A stretch of 64,000 bases of DNA from Candidatus Shapirobacteria bacterium (GCA_028704885.1 JAQWEN010000001.1:350679-414678); one strand, 5' to 3'. Shown: positions 52,535-62,938, numbered from the stretch's first letter. Notes: a model not told the origin generated them from the sequence alone. Program-made: numbers and translations.

Positions 52535-53497
52535 ATGTTGAAGATTTTAAAAAAAGTTTTTGCTTCAAAATTGTTTAGATTAATATTTTCGGCAATTCTA
52601 GTTTATTTTGCTTTTAAAAAAGTTAATATCATTGAACTTTTTAGAGATATAAAAAATGTTCCATTTTGGTTTGTTTTAGTAAATGTGGTTTTAAGTTTTT
52701 GGCTTGTAGTTTTAATCTCTGCTAGGTGGAATTTATTATTATTTTCAAAGATTAAAATTAGGACGGTTTTAACTTTTACTCGAGCTAATTTTTTAGCTAC
52801 TTTTTATTCGTTATTTTTTTCAACTGCAGTGGTAGGTGAAGTGGCAAAATGGATGGTAATAGATCATAAATATCCAAAAATTCCAAAAACAAAAATATTG
52901 GGATCTGTATTATTAGATAGATTTATTGGATTTTCTGTTTTTATAATTTTAGGTTTAATAGCAGGAATTGTGGGTAAAACTAAAGGATTAATTATTCCGG
53001 AAATAATTTTCTATTTATCAATTATTTTAAATGTGGTTTGTGGAGTGGTTTATTTTATTATTTATTTTTTTGATGTATCTAAATTGTGGCCGAAATTTAC
53101 TTTATTACATAAATTGGATGATGCTTTTGAACTAATTAAGAATAAAAATAAAGTTCAAATTATTAAATGTTTATTAATATCACTTTTAAGTGAGATTACC
53201 TGGATTCTTCAAATTTGGTTTGTAGGAAGGCAATTTGGAATTAATTTAAGTCTTTTGGCAGTTTTTGTCTTTATTCCAATAATTTCACTAATTTTGGTTT
53301 TACCAATTTCAGTTGGAGGTTTTGGGGCTAGAGAACAATTATATTTATTTTTCTTTTCTCAGTTTGGTTCAAACGAAAGTATTTTGTTAATGTCAACTTT
53401 TTTGGGAATTTTAGGAATAATTAATGCTTTATTTGGCGGAATTTTATTGTTATTTGATGTGGAAATGAGAAAGAAGTTGAAAAATAATAATAACTAG
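52535..53497 (+). CDS. Polytopic membrane protein, flippase-like/LPG-synthase-TM-like (UPF0104-type), tentative
   Basis: 320 aa with about 8 predicted TM helices and a basic C-terminus; no catalytic motif recognised. Confidence 0.35.
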   Translation: MLKILKKVFASKLFRLIFSAILVYFAFKKVNIIELFRDIKNVPFWFVLVNVVLSFWLVVLISARWNLLLFSKIKIRTVLTFTRANFLATFYSLFFSTAVVGEVAKWMVIDHKYPKIPKTKILGSVLLDRFIGFSVFIILGLIAGIVGKTKGLIIPEIIFYLSIILNVVCGVVYFIIYFFDVSKLWPKFTLLHKLDDAFELIKNKNKVQIIKCLLISLLSEITWILQIWFVGRQFGINLSLLAVFVFIPIISLILVLPISVGGFGAREQLYLFFFSQFGSNESILLMSTFLGILGIINALFGGILLLFDVEMRKKLKNNNN

Positions 53498-53517
53498 ATT
53501 AATATTAATTTGCTTTG

Positions 53518-53631
53518 TCAAGAGATTCCGAATGATCGGAGCAGCAACCGAGTTTGCCAGTTGGCGAATCGCGGTGCTTTTTCTTTAGAAATAAAGAAAG
53601 ACAAGCCTTTATTAATTATTAAAGGAAAAAT
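53518..53631 (+). promoter_or_regulatory. Putative SAM-binding riboswitch (SAM-I/IV-like) in the metK leader with an SD-sequestering hairpin
   Basis: GTCAAGAG ... CCGA-atga-TCGG ... GCAACC ... GCCAGTTGGCG...GGTGC resemble SAM-I/IV conserved blocks. Downstream hairpins TTTCTTTA-gaaa-TAAAGAAA and CCTTTA-ttaattat-TAAAGG, the latter covering the AAGGA SD 6 nt upstream of ATG. Confidence 0.4.
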
Positions 53632-54750
53632 ATGAACTATCCCCTTTTTGTTTCCGAGTCGGTATGTGCTGGTCATCCTGATAAAATTTGCGACCAGATT
53701 TCTGATGCGGTGTTAGACGCAGCCTTAAGTGTTGATGTTAATTCCAGAGTGGCAATAGAAACTTTGGTGACAACCAATAAAGTAACCATGGCCGGAGAAG
53801 TGACGAGTCGATCGAAATTAAATTATAAAGAAATTGCCCAAAAAGTTATTACTGATTTAGGTTATGACAAACCAGAATTAAATTTTGATAAAAATGCCTT
53901 TTTTGATGTGGCAGTTCACGAACAATCTCGTGATATTGCAATTGGAGCTGATAATGATGGGGCTGGTGATCAGGGAATGATGTTTGGATATGCCTGTAAT
54001 GAAACTCCTCAATTAATGCCGTTACCAATTGTTTTATCTCATGAATTGTGTCGAAAAATGGATGAACTTCAATTTGGTGAATTAAATTATTTAAGACCTG
54101 ATGGTAAAGCGGAAGTAAGTGTTAGTTATGAAAATGGAAAAGTAGTTAAGGTGGAAAAAATTGTTTTAGCTAAACCATTTAATCCAAAAATGAATAAAGA
54201 TGAAGTAGAAAAACAATTATACGAATTAGTAGTTTTACCAATTTTAAAGAAATATCATTTAAATGAGTTGTCGATAGGTCAGGTTATTTTTAACGGCACT
54301 GGTCAATGGGAAATTGGCGGGCCAGCATCGGACACTGGAGTGACTGGCAGAAAAATTGTGGTCGATACTTATGGCGGTATGGGAAGGATTGGTGGTGGTT
54401 GTTTTTCTGGAAAAGATCCAACAAAAGTTGATCGAAGTGGAGCTTACGCGGCCAGATATATTGCTAAAAATATTGTGGCAGCAGAACTGGCGGATCGATG
54501 TGAAGTGCAATTGGCTTATGCAATCGGGCAAAGAGATCCAATTGCTAAATCGATTGAAACTTTTGGAACAGCCAAAAAAGATCTTAAAGAAATTGAAGAG
54601 TTTGCGTGGAAGTTGATAGATTTATCAGTTAAAGGGATTATTAATGGATTAGATTTGAAAAGACCGATATATCGAAATACGGCTAGATATGGGCATTTTG
54701 GATATGAAGAGTATCCATGGGAAAAGATCAAAACCCCTCTGTCTCGATAA
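53632..54750 (+). CDS. metK: S-adenosylmethionine synthetase
   Basis: LFVSESVCAGHPDKICDQISDAVLDAAL, GAGDQGMMFGYA, bacterial MAT signatures. Confidence 0.95.
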   Translation: MNYPLFVSESVCAGHPDKICDQISDAVLDAALSVDVNSRVAIETLVTTNKVTMAGEVTSRSKLNYKEIAQKVITDLGYDKPELNFDKNAFFDVAVHEQSRDIAIGADNDGAGDQGMMFGYACNETPQLMPLPIVLSHELCRKMDELQFGELNYLRPDGKAEVSVSYENGKVVKVEKIVLAKPFNPKMNKDEVEKQLYELVVLPILKKYHLNELSIGQVIFNGTGQWEIGGPASDTGVTGRKIVVDTYGGMGRIGGGCFSGKDPTKVDRSGAYAARYIAKNIVAAELADRCEVQLAYAIGQRDPIAKSIETFGTAKKDLKEIEEFAWKLIDLSVKGIINGLDLKRPIYRNTARYGHFGYEEYPWEKIKTPLSR

Positions 54751-54781
54751 ATCGAGACATCTCCCCTTGATAAAAGGGAGA
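54741..54781 (+). terminator. Two consecutive hairpins at the metK stop (GTCTCGA-taaa-TCGAGAC; TCTCCC-N10-GGGAGA)
   Basis: Read directly; no strong T-run, so terminator function is uncertain. Confidence 0.3.
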
Positions 54782-54830
54782 AGTTTAAAAGATGGTAAAA
54801 TTTAGTAATTAAAAATTAATAATATTTTCT

Positions 54831-55808
54831 ATGATTTTAATTGTCGGCGGAGCGGGATATATTGGGTCCCACATAAATAAAGAATTAACTAAGCAAGGTT
54901 TTAAAACTGTTGTTTTTGATAATTTATCGAGCGGAAAAAAAGAATTAGTTAAATGGGGTGATTTTTTTGAAGGTGATTTAGGAAATATCGAAAATATTAG
55001 AGAAGTATTTAAAAAATATCCAATTGAAGCAGTTTTGCATTTTGCCGCTTTTAAGGCAGTTGGGGAATCAGTAGTTGATCCACAAAAGTATTATTTAAAT
55101 AATGTGGCTAACACTCTTAATTTATTTAAAGTGATGAGAGAAAATAATGTTAATAAATTTATTTTTTCTTCATCAGCGGCAACTTTTGGAAATCCACAAT
55201 ATACTCCAATTGATGAAAAACATCCCCAATCCCCAATTAATCCCTATGGTGAAACTAAATTAATGGTCGAACATATTATGCGCGATTATTCGACGGCTTA
55301 TGATTTTAGGTATGTGGCTTTAAGATACTTTAATGCTTGTGGGGCTGATTTGGATAGTGAAACCGGTGAGTGGCAAGGAAGCAGTTCAAATTTAATTCCA
55401 TTAACTCTTGATGCAGCTATTGGAGCCAGAGAAGAAATTGGAATTTTTGGAACTGATTATCCAACTCCAGACGGCACCTGTATTCGTGATTATATTCATG
55501 TGACTGATTTGGCTGATGCCCATGTTTTAGCTCTTAAATATTTAATGGATGGTGGTAAAAGTGATTGTTTTAATTTGGGTAATGGAAAAGGATTTTCAGT
55601 TAAAGAAGTTATTGATATGGCAAAAGAGGTTACAGGAATTGATTTTAAGGTTACAGCAAAAGATCGACGAGCCGGTGATCCCCCAGAACTTATAGCTGAT
55701 TCGAAAAAAGCTAGGGAAATTTTAAAATGGGAACCAAAATATTTTGATTTGAAAACTATAATGACGAGTGCTTGGAACTGGCACAAACAGTTCAAAAAAA
55801 ATGTCTAA
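54831..55808 (+). CDS. galE: UDP-glucose 4-epimerase
   Basis: MILIVGGAGYIGSH (NAD Rossmann), YxxxK context, 325 aa. Confidence 0.85.
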   Translation: MILIVGGAGYIGSHINKELTKQGFKTVVFDNLSSGKKELVKWGDFFEGDLGNIENIREVFKKYPIEAVLHFAAFKAVGESVVDPQKYYLNNVANTLNLFKVMRENNVNKFIFSSSAATFGNPQYTPIDEKHPQSPINPYGETKLMVEHIMRDYSTAYDFRYVALRYFNACGADLDSETGEWQGSSSNLIPLTLDAAIGAREEIGIFGTDYPTPDGTCIRDYIHVTDLADAHVLALKYLMDGGKSDCFNLGNGKGFSVKEVIDMAKEVTGIDFKVTAKDRRAGDPPELIADSKKAREILKWEPKYFDLKTIMTSAWNWHKQFKKNV

Positions 55809-57030
55809 CAAACGAATATTAATTAAAAATGTTTTTTGGTTAGGTGCAGTTGAATTCTTTTCAAAGATTTTATTGTTTTTTGTAATTGTTGGTTTGGTTA
55901 GATATTGGGGGGCAGAAGAATTTGGAGCTTTTAATTTAGCTTTTGCCTACGTGGCTATTTTTATGATTTTGGCAGATTTTGGTCTATCAACAATTACTAC
56001 TCGAGAAGTGGCTAAACATAAAGACTTAAGTGAAAAATATCTGGGAAATTTAATTGGATTAAAATTATTTTTATCGGTAATAATTGGAATATTTTTTGCG
56101 GCTTCGTTTTTGTTTGTTAATAAGCCAGTTTCAATTCAACTATTGGTAGCAACTTTAATTTACAGTTTAATTCAAGGTTTTCAAACATTATTTATTTCAA
56201 TTTTTCAGGCTTGGGAAAGGATGGAAATGGTGTTTTTTAATCGAATGGTTTTTTATGTTGGAGTTTTGATATCAGCTTTGTTGGTAATTAAATTTCATGG
56301 AAGCGCTACAAATTTAGTTTTTGGTTATATGATGGCGACGATATTGGCGATAATTTTGGGAGTTTGGCAATCACACTTATTAAAAATAAAAGTCAAAATA
56401 ATTTTTGATTTTAAATTTTGGAGAGAATTAATAAAAGAAGCCTTGCCACTTTTGGGGATGACAGCAGCGATGGTGATTTATGCTAACAATGATACTTTAT
56501 TGATTGGTCGATATTTTAACAATAATCAAGTTGGTTTTTATCAAACTGCTTTCAAAATATTATTCGCTTTTCAAAGTATTAATGTAATTAATTATGTGGT
56601 TTTTCCCAGATTAACGGTTTTATTTCATGAAGATAAAGAAGACACAGCTAAAAAATTAATTAAAATCGTAGTTGGATTATCAATTGTTGGTTTAATCCCC
56701 TTGGCGGCAATAATAACTTGGCAAAGAGAATTAATTATGAAATTAATTTATGGACAATCGTTTGTGGTATCGGCTGGAGTTATGAGTTTATTAATTTGGT
56801 CGGGGGTAATTAATTATTTTCGAGTATTTGTGGGGAATTTATTGGTGATAAAAAAGAAACAAAATATGGTTTTTTGGTCGATCCTAATTGGAACTTTAGT
56901 TAATTTAACAATTAACTATTTTTTAATTCCAAAGTTTGGATTTGTGCAGGCAGGTTGGAGTTTGATAATCAGTGAATTGGTAATATTAGTAGTGATGGCG
57001 GTCAGTTTAAGAAAAACATCAGAGCTTTAG
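55801..57030 (+). CDS. Oligosaccharide/polysaccharide flippase (Wzx, MOP superfamily)
   Basis: 12-TM architecture; start placed at MSNKRIL (ATG 55801, 8-nt overlap with galE). Confidence 0.65.
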   Translation: MSNKRILIKNVFWLGAVEFFSKILLFFVIVGLVRYWGAEEFGAFNLAFAYVAIFMILADFGLSTITTREVAKHKDLSEKYLGNLIGLKLFLSVIIGIFFAASFLFVNKPVSIQLLVATLIYSLIQGFQTLFISIFQAWERMEMVFFNRMVFYVGVLISALLVIKFHGSATNLVFGYMMATILAIILGVWQSHLLKIKVKIIFDFKFWRELIKEALPLLGMTAAMVIYANNDTLLIGRYFNNNQVGFYQTAFKILFAFQSINVINYVVFPRLTVLFHEDKEDTAKKLIKIVVGLSIVGLIPLAAIITWQRELIMKLIYGQSFVVSAGVMSLLIWSGVINYFRVFVGNLLVIKKKQNMVFWSILIGTLVNLTINYFLIPKFGFVQAGWSLIISELVILVVMAVSLRKTSEL

Positions 57031-57033
57031 ATT

Positions 57034-58329
57034 TTATCTACCGACTGAAATATAGTTAAAACCTAGATCTTTTATCTCTTCTTTATCGAAAATATTACGG
57101 CCATCGACAATATTAGCTTTTTTCATTGACTTTTTAATCTGTTTTAAATCAACATTTTTGAATTCCGGCCACTCGGTAGCAATAATCAAACAATCGGCGT
57201 TTGCAACCGACTGAAGGAGGTCTTTTTCATAATTAACAGTATCGCCTAAAATTAATTTAGCCGGATTAATAGCAATTGGATCGACAACAGTAATTTTGGC
57301 ATCGCGATCGAGAAGTTGTTTGATAATAATCAATGATGGAGCTTCGCGAACATCATCAGTATTTGGTTTAAAAGCTAAACCCCAAATGGTAATATTTTTA
57401 CCATGTAAACCTTGACCAAGGAGAGATTGAATTTTAGGAAGAAGAGATTGTTTTTGAGCCAGATTGGTATCTTCGACAGCATCGAGAATACTAAAACGAA
57501 CACCATTTTCTTGGGCAATTTGAATTAAACCTTTGACGTCTTTTGGAAAACAGCTGCCACCATAACCAATGCCGGCATTTAAAAAAGCTTTTTGACCAAT
57601 TCGATTATCAAATTTCATTCCTTGAGAAACCTTACTGACATCAGCACCAATTTTTTCACAAATATTTGCAATAGAATTTATAAAGGAAATTTCAGTGGCT
57701 AAGAAAGCGTTAGAAGCATATTTAATTAGTTCAGCAGTCTTGATGTCAGTATTTATAATAGTCGAGTTTTGAGGAGCATATAGATCATTAATAATTTTTT
57801 GAGCTTTTTTGGAACCATTACCAATAATGATTCGATCGGGATGCATAAAATCGTAGACAGCAGTTCCCTCTCTTAAAAATTCAGGATTAGAAACAATATC
57901 AAATTCACCATTATAATTTTGACCAATAATTCTCTTGACAAGATCGCCGGTACCAATTGGGACAGTGGATTTATTAATAATTATTTTATAACCATTCATG
58001 TTTTTACCAATAGATTCGGCAGCAGCTTTAACATATTCCAAATTAACACTACCATCGGCCATAGGTGGGGTACCAACAGCAATAAAAATAATATCTGATG
58101 ATTTAACGGCTTTGGAAATATTAGTGGTAAAAGATAGATTATTGTTTTTTTGATTCTTTTTAATTAAATCAGTGAGACCTTCTTCATAGATTGGAATAAT
58201 GCCTTTATTTAAGTTGTCAATTTTCTTTTGATCAATATCAAGACCGACTACTTGATTTCCGAGTTCAGCAAAACAAGTACTGGTAACTAGACCTACATAA
58301 CCAACTCCAATGACTGTTATTTTGTTCAT
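57034..58329 (-). CDS. ugd: UDP-glucose 6-dehydrogenase-family nucleotide-sugar dehydrogenase
   Basis: MNKITVIGVGYVGLVTSTCFAELG, GGSCFPKD catalytic Cys motif. Confidence 0.85.
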   Translation of the reverse strand: MNKITVIGVGYVGLVTSTCFAELGNQVVGLDIDQKKIDNLNKGIIPIYEEGLTDLIKKNQKNNNLSFTTNISKAVKSSDIIFIAVGTPPMADGSVNLEYVKAAAESIGKNMNGYKIIINKSTVPIGTGDLVKRIIGQNYNGEFDIVSNPEFLREGTAVYDFMHPDRIIIGNGSKKAQKIINDLYAPQNSTIINTDIKTAELIKYASNAFLATEISFINSIANICEKIGADVSKVSQGMKFDNRIGQKAFLNAGIGYGGSCFPKDVKGLIQIAQENGVRFSILDAVEDTNLAQKQSLLPKIQSLLGQGLHGKNITIWGLAFKPNTDDVREAPSLIIIKQLLDRDAKITVVDPIAINPAKLILGDTVNYEKDLLQSVANADCLIIATEWPEFKNVDLKQIKKSMKKANIVDGRNIFDKEEIKDLGFNYISVGR

Positions 58330-58350
58330 ATGAAATAATATAACACATTA

Positions 58351-58390
58351 AAAAAGCCGGCAGATTGTTACATGCACCTGTCGGCTTTTT
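58351..58390 (-). terminator. Rho-independent terminator hairpin GCCGGCAG...CTGTCGGC flanked by A5/T5, terminating the 58411-58773 gene
   Basis: Read directly; one G-T wobble in the stem. Confidence 0.55.
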
Positions 58391-58410
58391 AGGGGTTAGA
58401 GAGAAGGTTT

Positions 58411-58773
58411 TTATTTGTTGGCAACTTTGTTTTTGAGTCTAAAATTTATCATGGCTGAGTAATAGGCTTCACGAACATGATAATCGGAAATTTTAGACAA
58501 AGTTTCAAGTATAAAGTCATAGCCTTTGGCACGGGAGATGAGATAAAATTTTTGATTACTTTTGTTAAAGTTAAAATAACTAGTGTTATAACTGTTGGCT
58601 GTTGATAATGACGGAATTTTGGAAGTAATAATAAGATCATTATCTCCATGGGAACGATAAAAATGATTTACCAGATCTAAAAAATCTTTTAAATCGGCAG
58701 CCGAAGCTTCAATCAGATGAGATAAACTTCCAATGAGAAGTGCATTTTTAGGCAGTTCAAATTCTGTCGCCAT
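58411..58773 (-). CDS. Hypothetical protein
   Basis: 120 aa, no TM, no recognised motif. Confidence 0.3.
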   Translation of the reverse strand: MATEFELPKNALLIGSLSHLIEASAADLKDFLDLVNHFYRSHGDNDLIITSKIPSLSTANSYNTSYFNFNKSNQKFYLISRAKGYDFILETLSKISDYHVREAYYSAMINFRLKNKVANK

Positions 58774-58857
58774 TATAAATAATCCCCTTTCTGTGTTTTA
58801 AAGGTGTGGAGCGCTAAAGCTCTTTCTTTAGCGGTATTTTAGCACAAAAATAAAAAA

Positions 58858-60591
58858 TTACTTAATTCCGTATTGCTTGCCAAAGATTAGATCGTATTGA
58901 ATAAGTTCATAATTTTTCAATTGATCTCCGGTGAAATTTGTTGAAATTTTTTGATTTAAAACAGTATTAGTTTCTTTGAGAGAATTTAAAAAAGCAAATT
59001 GATAATTAGGAGTAATATTTGCCATTTTAAGGATCTCTAAAGATAAAAAAGATGGACTTAATTCTTTCGGTAAATTTAAATTAGTTTTAAAATTTGACCA
59101 GATGGAAATTGGAGTGGTGTGCATTTTTGTTTCATCGCTAATGTTGTAGTTTTCTTTTTTATAGATATCAAAATCGCCGCCCAAAAATGGTAGATGGTCA
59201 CCAAAGAAAATAATAATAGTTGGTTTCTTTATTTTATTTAATTCAGTTTTGAGAGTCGAATAAGATTGATCACTTAAATTGATACCGTCGATGTAGCTTT
59301 GAAGAGTGGATTGATCGGCAGAATTTAGGGAATTTTGAAAAGTAATTGGATGCTCTGGAAAACGGTTGGCTTCATAAGGAGCATGATTTTGAATCGAAAG
59401 GGCAAAAATAAATTGTGATTTATCGGTGGAATTTAATTGATTTAAAACTTCTTTAGTGAATGATTTATCGGAAACAAACGGGCCAGCATTCTGATAATTG
59501 CTCATGTTACTCAAATTAGTGAATTTGTCCACATCAAAATATCTGTAAACGTTATCGCGATTGTAAAACCATTGACTGTAGGGATGAATGGCAGTGGTAA
59601 AATAGCCTTTTTCTTTAAATAAAGAGAAAAGGGAAGGAATATTTTTTTTGATATATTGAGTGTAAGGATAGGAATTAGTTGGTAGAAAATAATTAGAAAA
59701 CCCAGTCAGTAATTCGAACTCAACATTGGCTGTTTCGCCACCAAAAGCTGGAGAAATGAAACTTGACTTAATATCAGAACGAACATTTTTAATTGGATCT
59801 TTGGAATATTTAGTTTCAGAAAATTGAACTGCATCCCAAAAAGACTCAGACATTATAACAATAATATTTGGCTTGACTTTATTATCTTCGTTATACTCAG
59901 AGGCCTCCTTTTTTACATCTGAATAAATTTGATTGATTTTGGCTTGATTATAATTAATTGGTTCTGGGAAAATTAAGTATTTTTCATCATGAACGAAACA
60001 AAGCAGCATTCCATTGTTGCGGCAATTTTCGGCAGCATCCCAGGCATGGAAAAGAATATTGGTTTTGGATAAAATTTGGTCAAATAATTTAGGGTTAAAA
60101 TAAGGTAGTAAAAGGATATAAAAAGAAACAAGAATAAATAGGATTCGGATTAATTTTCTTTTAATTTGAAATTTAAAAAAATGTTTTAAAAAGAAAAAAG
60201 AAACAAATAAAGCACCAAAACTGGCAATTAATTCTTTTTTTAAATTAGTGTGCTTAATTATAAGTGGGACAAAACCTAATAATTGTTTTCCCCAAGTTAA
60301 GTCATTAATTTTTAAAGGTAGGTTGAGAACTTTGATTTTGTAACGATTAGCAATGCTAAAGATGGTAAAAAATAAAAGGTAGAAAAATATGGCCTGATAA
60401 TTTTTTTTAAAAATTCCCAAAAAGAGAACAAAAACGGCCGACCAAAGAATAAAGTTTAAAACTAAAACCCAAGGGTTGATAATTTTAAACTCATATCCTC
60501 TGCCAATTGAAAGTCGTTGAGAGAGGTAAGAAAGAACGAAGGGAAGAAAAATTTGAAATATGGTTAGCGATATAGAAAAAATTTTTTTCAT
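58858..60591 (-). CDS. LtaS-like/sulfatase-family membrane phosphotransferase (alkaline-phosphatase superfamily)
   Basis: N-terminal 5-TM block; extracytoplasmic domain with IIVIMSESFWD and FFGDHLP metal-site-like motifs. Confidence 0.6.
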   Translation of the reverse strand: MKKIFSISLTIFQIFLPFVLSYLSQRLSIGRGYEFKIINPWVLVLNFILWSAVFVLFLGIFKKNYQAIFFYLLFFTIFSIANRYKIKVLNLPLKINDLTWGKQLLGFVPLIIKHTNLKKELIASFGALFVSFFFLKHFFKFQIKRKLIRILFILVSFYILLLPYFNPKLFDQILSKTNILFHAWDAAENCRNNGMLLCFVHDEKYLIFPEPINYNQAKINQIYSDVKKEASEYNEDNKVKPNIIVIMSESFWDAVQFSETKYSKDPIKNVRSDIKSSFISPAFGGETANVEFELLTGFSNYFLPTNSYPYTQYIKKNIPSLFSLFKEKGYFTTAIHPYSQWFYNRDNVYRYFDVDKFTNLSNMSNYQNAGPFVSDKSFTKEVLNQLNSTDKSQFIFALSIQNHAPYEANRFPEHPITFQNSLNSADQSTLQSYIDGINLSDQSYSTLKTELNKIKKPTIIIFFGDHLPFLGGDFDIYKKENYNISDETKMHTTPISIWSNFKTNLNLPKELSPSFLSLEILKMANITPNYQFAFLNSLKETNTVLNQKISTNFTGDQLKNYELIQYDLIFGKQYGIK

Positions 60592-60655
60592 TAGGATAAG
60601 AAATTATAGAACATAATTGCTTGATGGATATTAGTTATGTGCTATAAGTAATTAA

Positions 60656-62233
60656 ATGAAAGATTTTGTTAACAGATTTAGCTTTGTTTTAAGTATGTTT
60701 GTTTGTGTTGTTGTGTATTTATGTTTGGCTTTTAAAAATCCATTTGTACCTAATTCATTAGTATCTAATTTAGAACCATATCCAGATACATTATGGTATT
60801 CAGTTCCGGCTTGGAATTTTGTTAATAATAATGGTTTTTCAATGTCAGTTTTTGGAGTGGAAATAAAAAAAATGGTTCCTCCTGCTTATAGCATATATTT
60901 AATCCCGTTTTTTGCAATTTTTAAAGATGTAAGGTCTTTTTATTTTGGAAATTTGTTATTGGGAATTTTATCAATTATATTATTCGGATTAATTGCTAAA
61001 AAAATATTTAAAAACAACTCGTTATTAATTCTATTTTTGGAATTTTTATTAATAACAAATTTTTATTTTTATATTTTACCTAGTCTTTTGATGGCAGAAA
61101 ATTTAACCTTGTTTGTAACTCTTTGTGCTGTCTATATTTTGATATCAAAAATGTCAATTAAAAATACTTTTTTTGCTGGTTTTGTTGGAATTCTCTTTTG
61201 GTTAATAAAATTTTCTAATTTAACGTTGGGGTTATCTTTTTTGTTTCTATATACAATAAAAATTGTATTGGAAAATAAAACTAGATCTGACAAGATAAAA
61301 CATATTTCAATTTTGGTGTTTTTTGGAATTTTGTTTTTTCTATATTTAAAATTTTCGTCATTATTAGCTGGTCGAGCAGGTACAGGTTCGATAGTAGCTT
61401 TTTCAAAAAAATATTTTATTGATAATTTTAAATATTATATTAATACTTTTTTTGGTGGAAAAACTAGTTATTCTTGGTATCAGCAAATTTTTTTAAATAA
61501 ATACTTAGGTATTTTGTCTTTGATAGGTTTTATTTTGGGTTTATGGAATAAAAATACAAGAAAATTTACTGTTTCATTATTTTTAATAGTTTTTCCATTA
61601 GTTATTTTTATGTCGTTTTTTTATAGTCCAAGTAGCAGATATGTTTTTGCAGTATTACCATTGTTAATTTTATTGATTGGAATATTTTTAGATAAATTAG
61701 GTTCTAGAATTAGTAAAAAGAAATTTTTTGTTTTGGTTTTTTTAATTGCTGGAGTTTATTTGTTGAGTAGTCAATATTCGGATAAAAATGAATTTTTGAT
61801 AGTTTCTTTAAAAAAACAGATTGGGTTAAATTTTAGACACAAAGAAGACCCATGGAATTATTTGGCAATTCAAAGTTTTAACGGCTATTTTAAAGAAAAA
61901 AAAGAAAATGTTTACTTAGCCACATTTTTACCACCGTTTTATATAAACTACTTTATGAATGAAAATTATAAATTTTTGCCAATTTTTTTAGGTCAGGAAT
62001 TTAGTGATAATTATCTTAAAAGGGTTTACAAAAGTGATTTAATTGGCGAATATAAAAAATTATTGGAACAAAACAACGAACTTTATTTTTCCAATTATTA
62101 TGTGAATAATAGTTTCGATTCTTGGAATATGGAATTAGAAAAAATTAAAACAAATTTTGAAGTTAAGAAAGTATCTGATGGTTGTCTTGGTAGTTGTAAT
62201 ATTTACCGTATAAATTTAAAAAATAAACTATGA
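60656..62233 (+). CDS. Polytopic GT-C-like membrane glycosyltransferase (ArnT/PMT-like), tentative
   Basis: About 11 TM helices followed by a ~150-aa soluble C-terminal domain; translationally coupled to the downstream DPM1-like GT2. Confidence 0.4.
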   Translation: MKDFVNRFSFVLSMFVCVVVYLCLAFKNPFVPNSLVSNLEPYPDTLWYSVPAWNFVNNNGFSMSVFGVEIKKMVPPAYSIYLIPFFAIFKDVRSFYFGNLLLGILSIILFGLIAKKIFKNNSLLILFLEFLLITNFYFYILPSLLMAENLTLFVTLCAVYILISKMSIKNTFFAGFVGILFWLIKFSNLTLGLSFLFLYTIKIVLENKTRSDKIKHISILVFFGILFFLYLKFSSLLAGRAGTGSIVAFSKKYFIDNFKYYINTFFGGKTSYSWYQQIFLNKYLGILSLIGFILGLWNKNTRKFTVSLFLIVFPLVIFMSFFYSPSSRYVFAVLPLLILLIGIFLDKLGSRISKKKFFVLVFLIAGVYLLSSQYSDKNEFLIVSLKKQIGLNFRHKEDPWNYLAIQSFNGYFKEKKENVYLATFLPPFYINYFMNENYKFLPIFLGQEFSDNYLKRVYKSDLIGEYKKLLEQNNELYFSNYYVNNSFDSWNMELEKIKTNFEVKKVSDGCLGSCNIYRINLKNKL

Positions 62234-62904
62234 AAATATTTATAATCGTGCCGGTTTACAATGAGGAAAACAGAGCAATAGAAACTATAAATGAGATTTT
62301 GCAAACAGATGGAAAATTAAATGTAATAGTGGTGGATGATGGATCATCAGATAATTCATTAAAAATTTTAAAGAAAAAATTTAATGATAATAAAAAGGTA
62401 ACTGTCTTAAATCATATAATTAATCTTGGTAAAGGGGCGGCAATGAAGACTGGTTTGAAAATGGCATGGAAATTGGGTGGAGAGGCAGTGATTTTTGTGG
62501 ATGCCGATGGTCAACACAACCCAAAATATTTACCAAAATTTATTGAAGAACTAGACAAGAATCCAATCGTGTTTGGTTATAGAGAATTAGATAAAAAGTC
62601 ACCATGGATAAGGCGAAATGGTAATAGATTTGCTGGATGGTTAATTGAAATTTTATTTAATATTAAAAGAAAAGATTTACTTTGTGGATTTTTGGGATTT
62701 AGAAAAGAGGTATATAAAAAAATTATTTGGAAATCGACTAGATATGGGATAGAAACAGAAATGGCAGCTAAAGTCGGACGCAGCAAAATCCCCTTTTCTG
62801 AAGTAAAAATTGATACAATTTATATTGATAAATATAAAGGGGTAACAATTTTTGATGCTTTTAAAATTTTATTTAAAATCCCCTTTTGGTATGTTAGTAA
62901 GTAG
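62230..62904 (+). CDS. GT2 polyprenyl-phosphate glycosyltransferase (DPM1/ArnC/GtrB-like)
   Basis: MKIFIIVPVYNEENRAIETI...VVVDDGSSDNS...VDADGQH. Confidence 0.8.
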   Translation: MKIFIIVPVYNEENRAIETINEILQTDGKLNVIVVDDGSSDNSLKILKKKFNDNKKVTVLNHIINLGKGAAMKTGLKMAWKLGGEAVIFVDADGQHNPKYLPKFIEELDKNPIVFGYRELDKKSPWIRRNGNRFAGWLIEILFNIKRKDLLCGFLGFRKEVYKKIIWKSTRYGIETEMAAKVGRSKIPFSEVKIDTIYIDKYKGVTIFDAFKILFKIPFWYVSK

Positions 62905-62938
62905 AAAGTTATCAAGTAGAAAGTAGAAAGAAAATAAA

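Noticed and set aside
54259-54731. Three short ORFs (71-90 aa) overlapping metK
   Set aside because: Alternative-frame or antisense artefacts inside a highly conserved metK coding sequence.
55496-55795. 99-aa minus-strand ORF antisense to galE
   Set aside because: Antisense to a clear GalE coding sequence.
58449-58649. 66-aa ORF nested in the 58411-58773 gene
   Set aside because: Same strand, alternative frame inside the longer ORF; no support.
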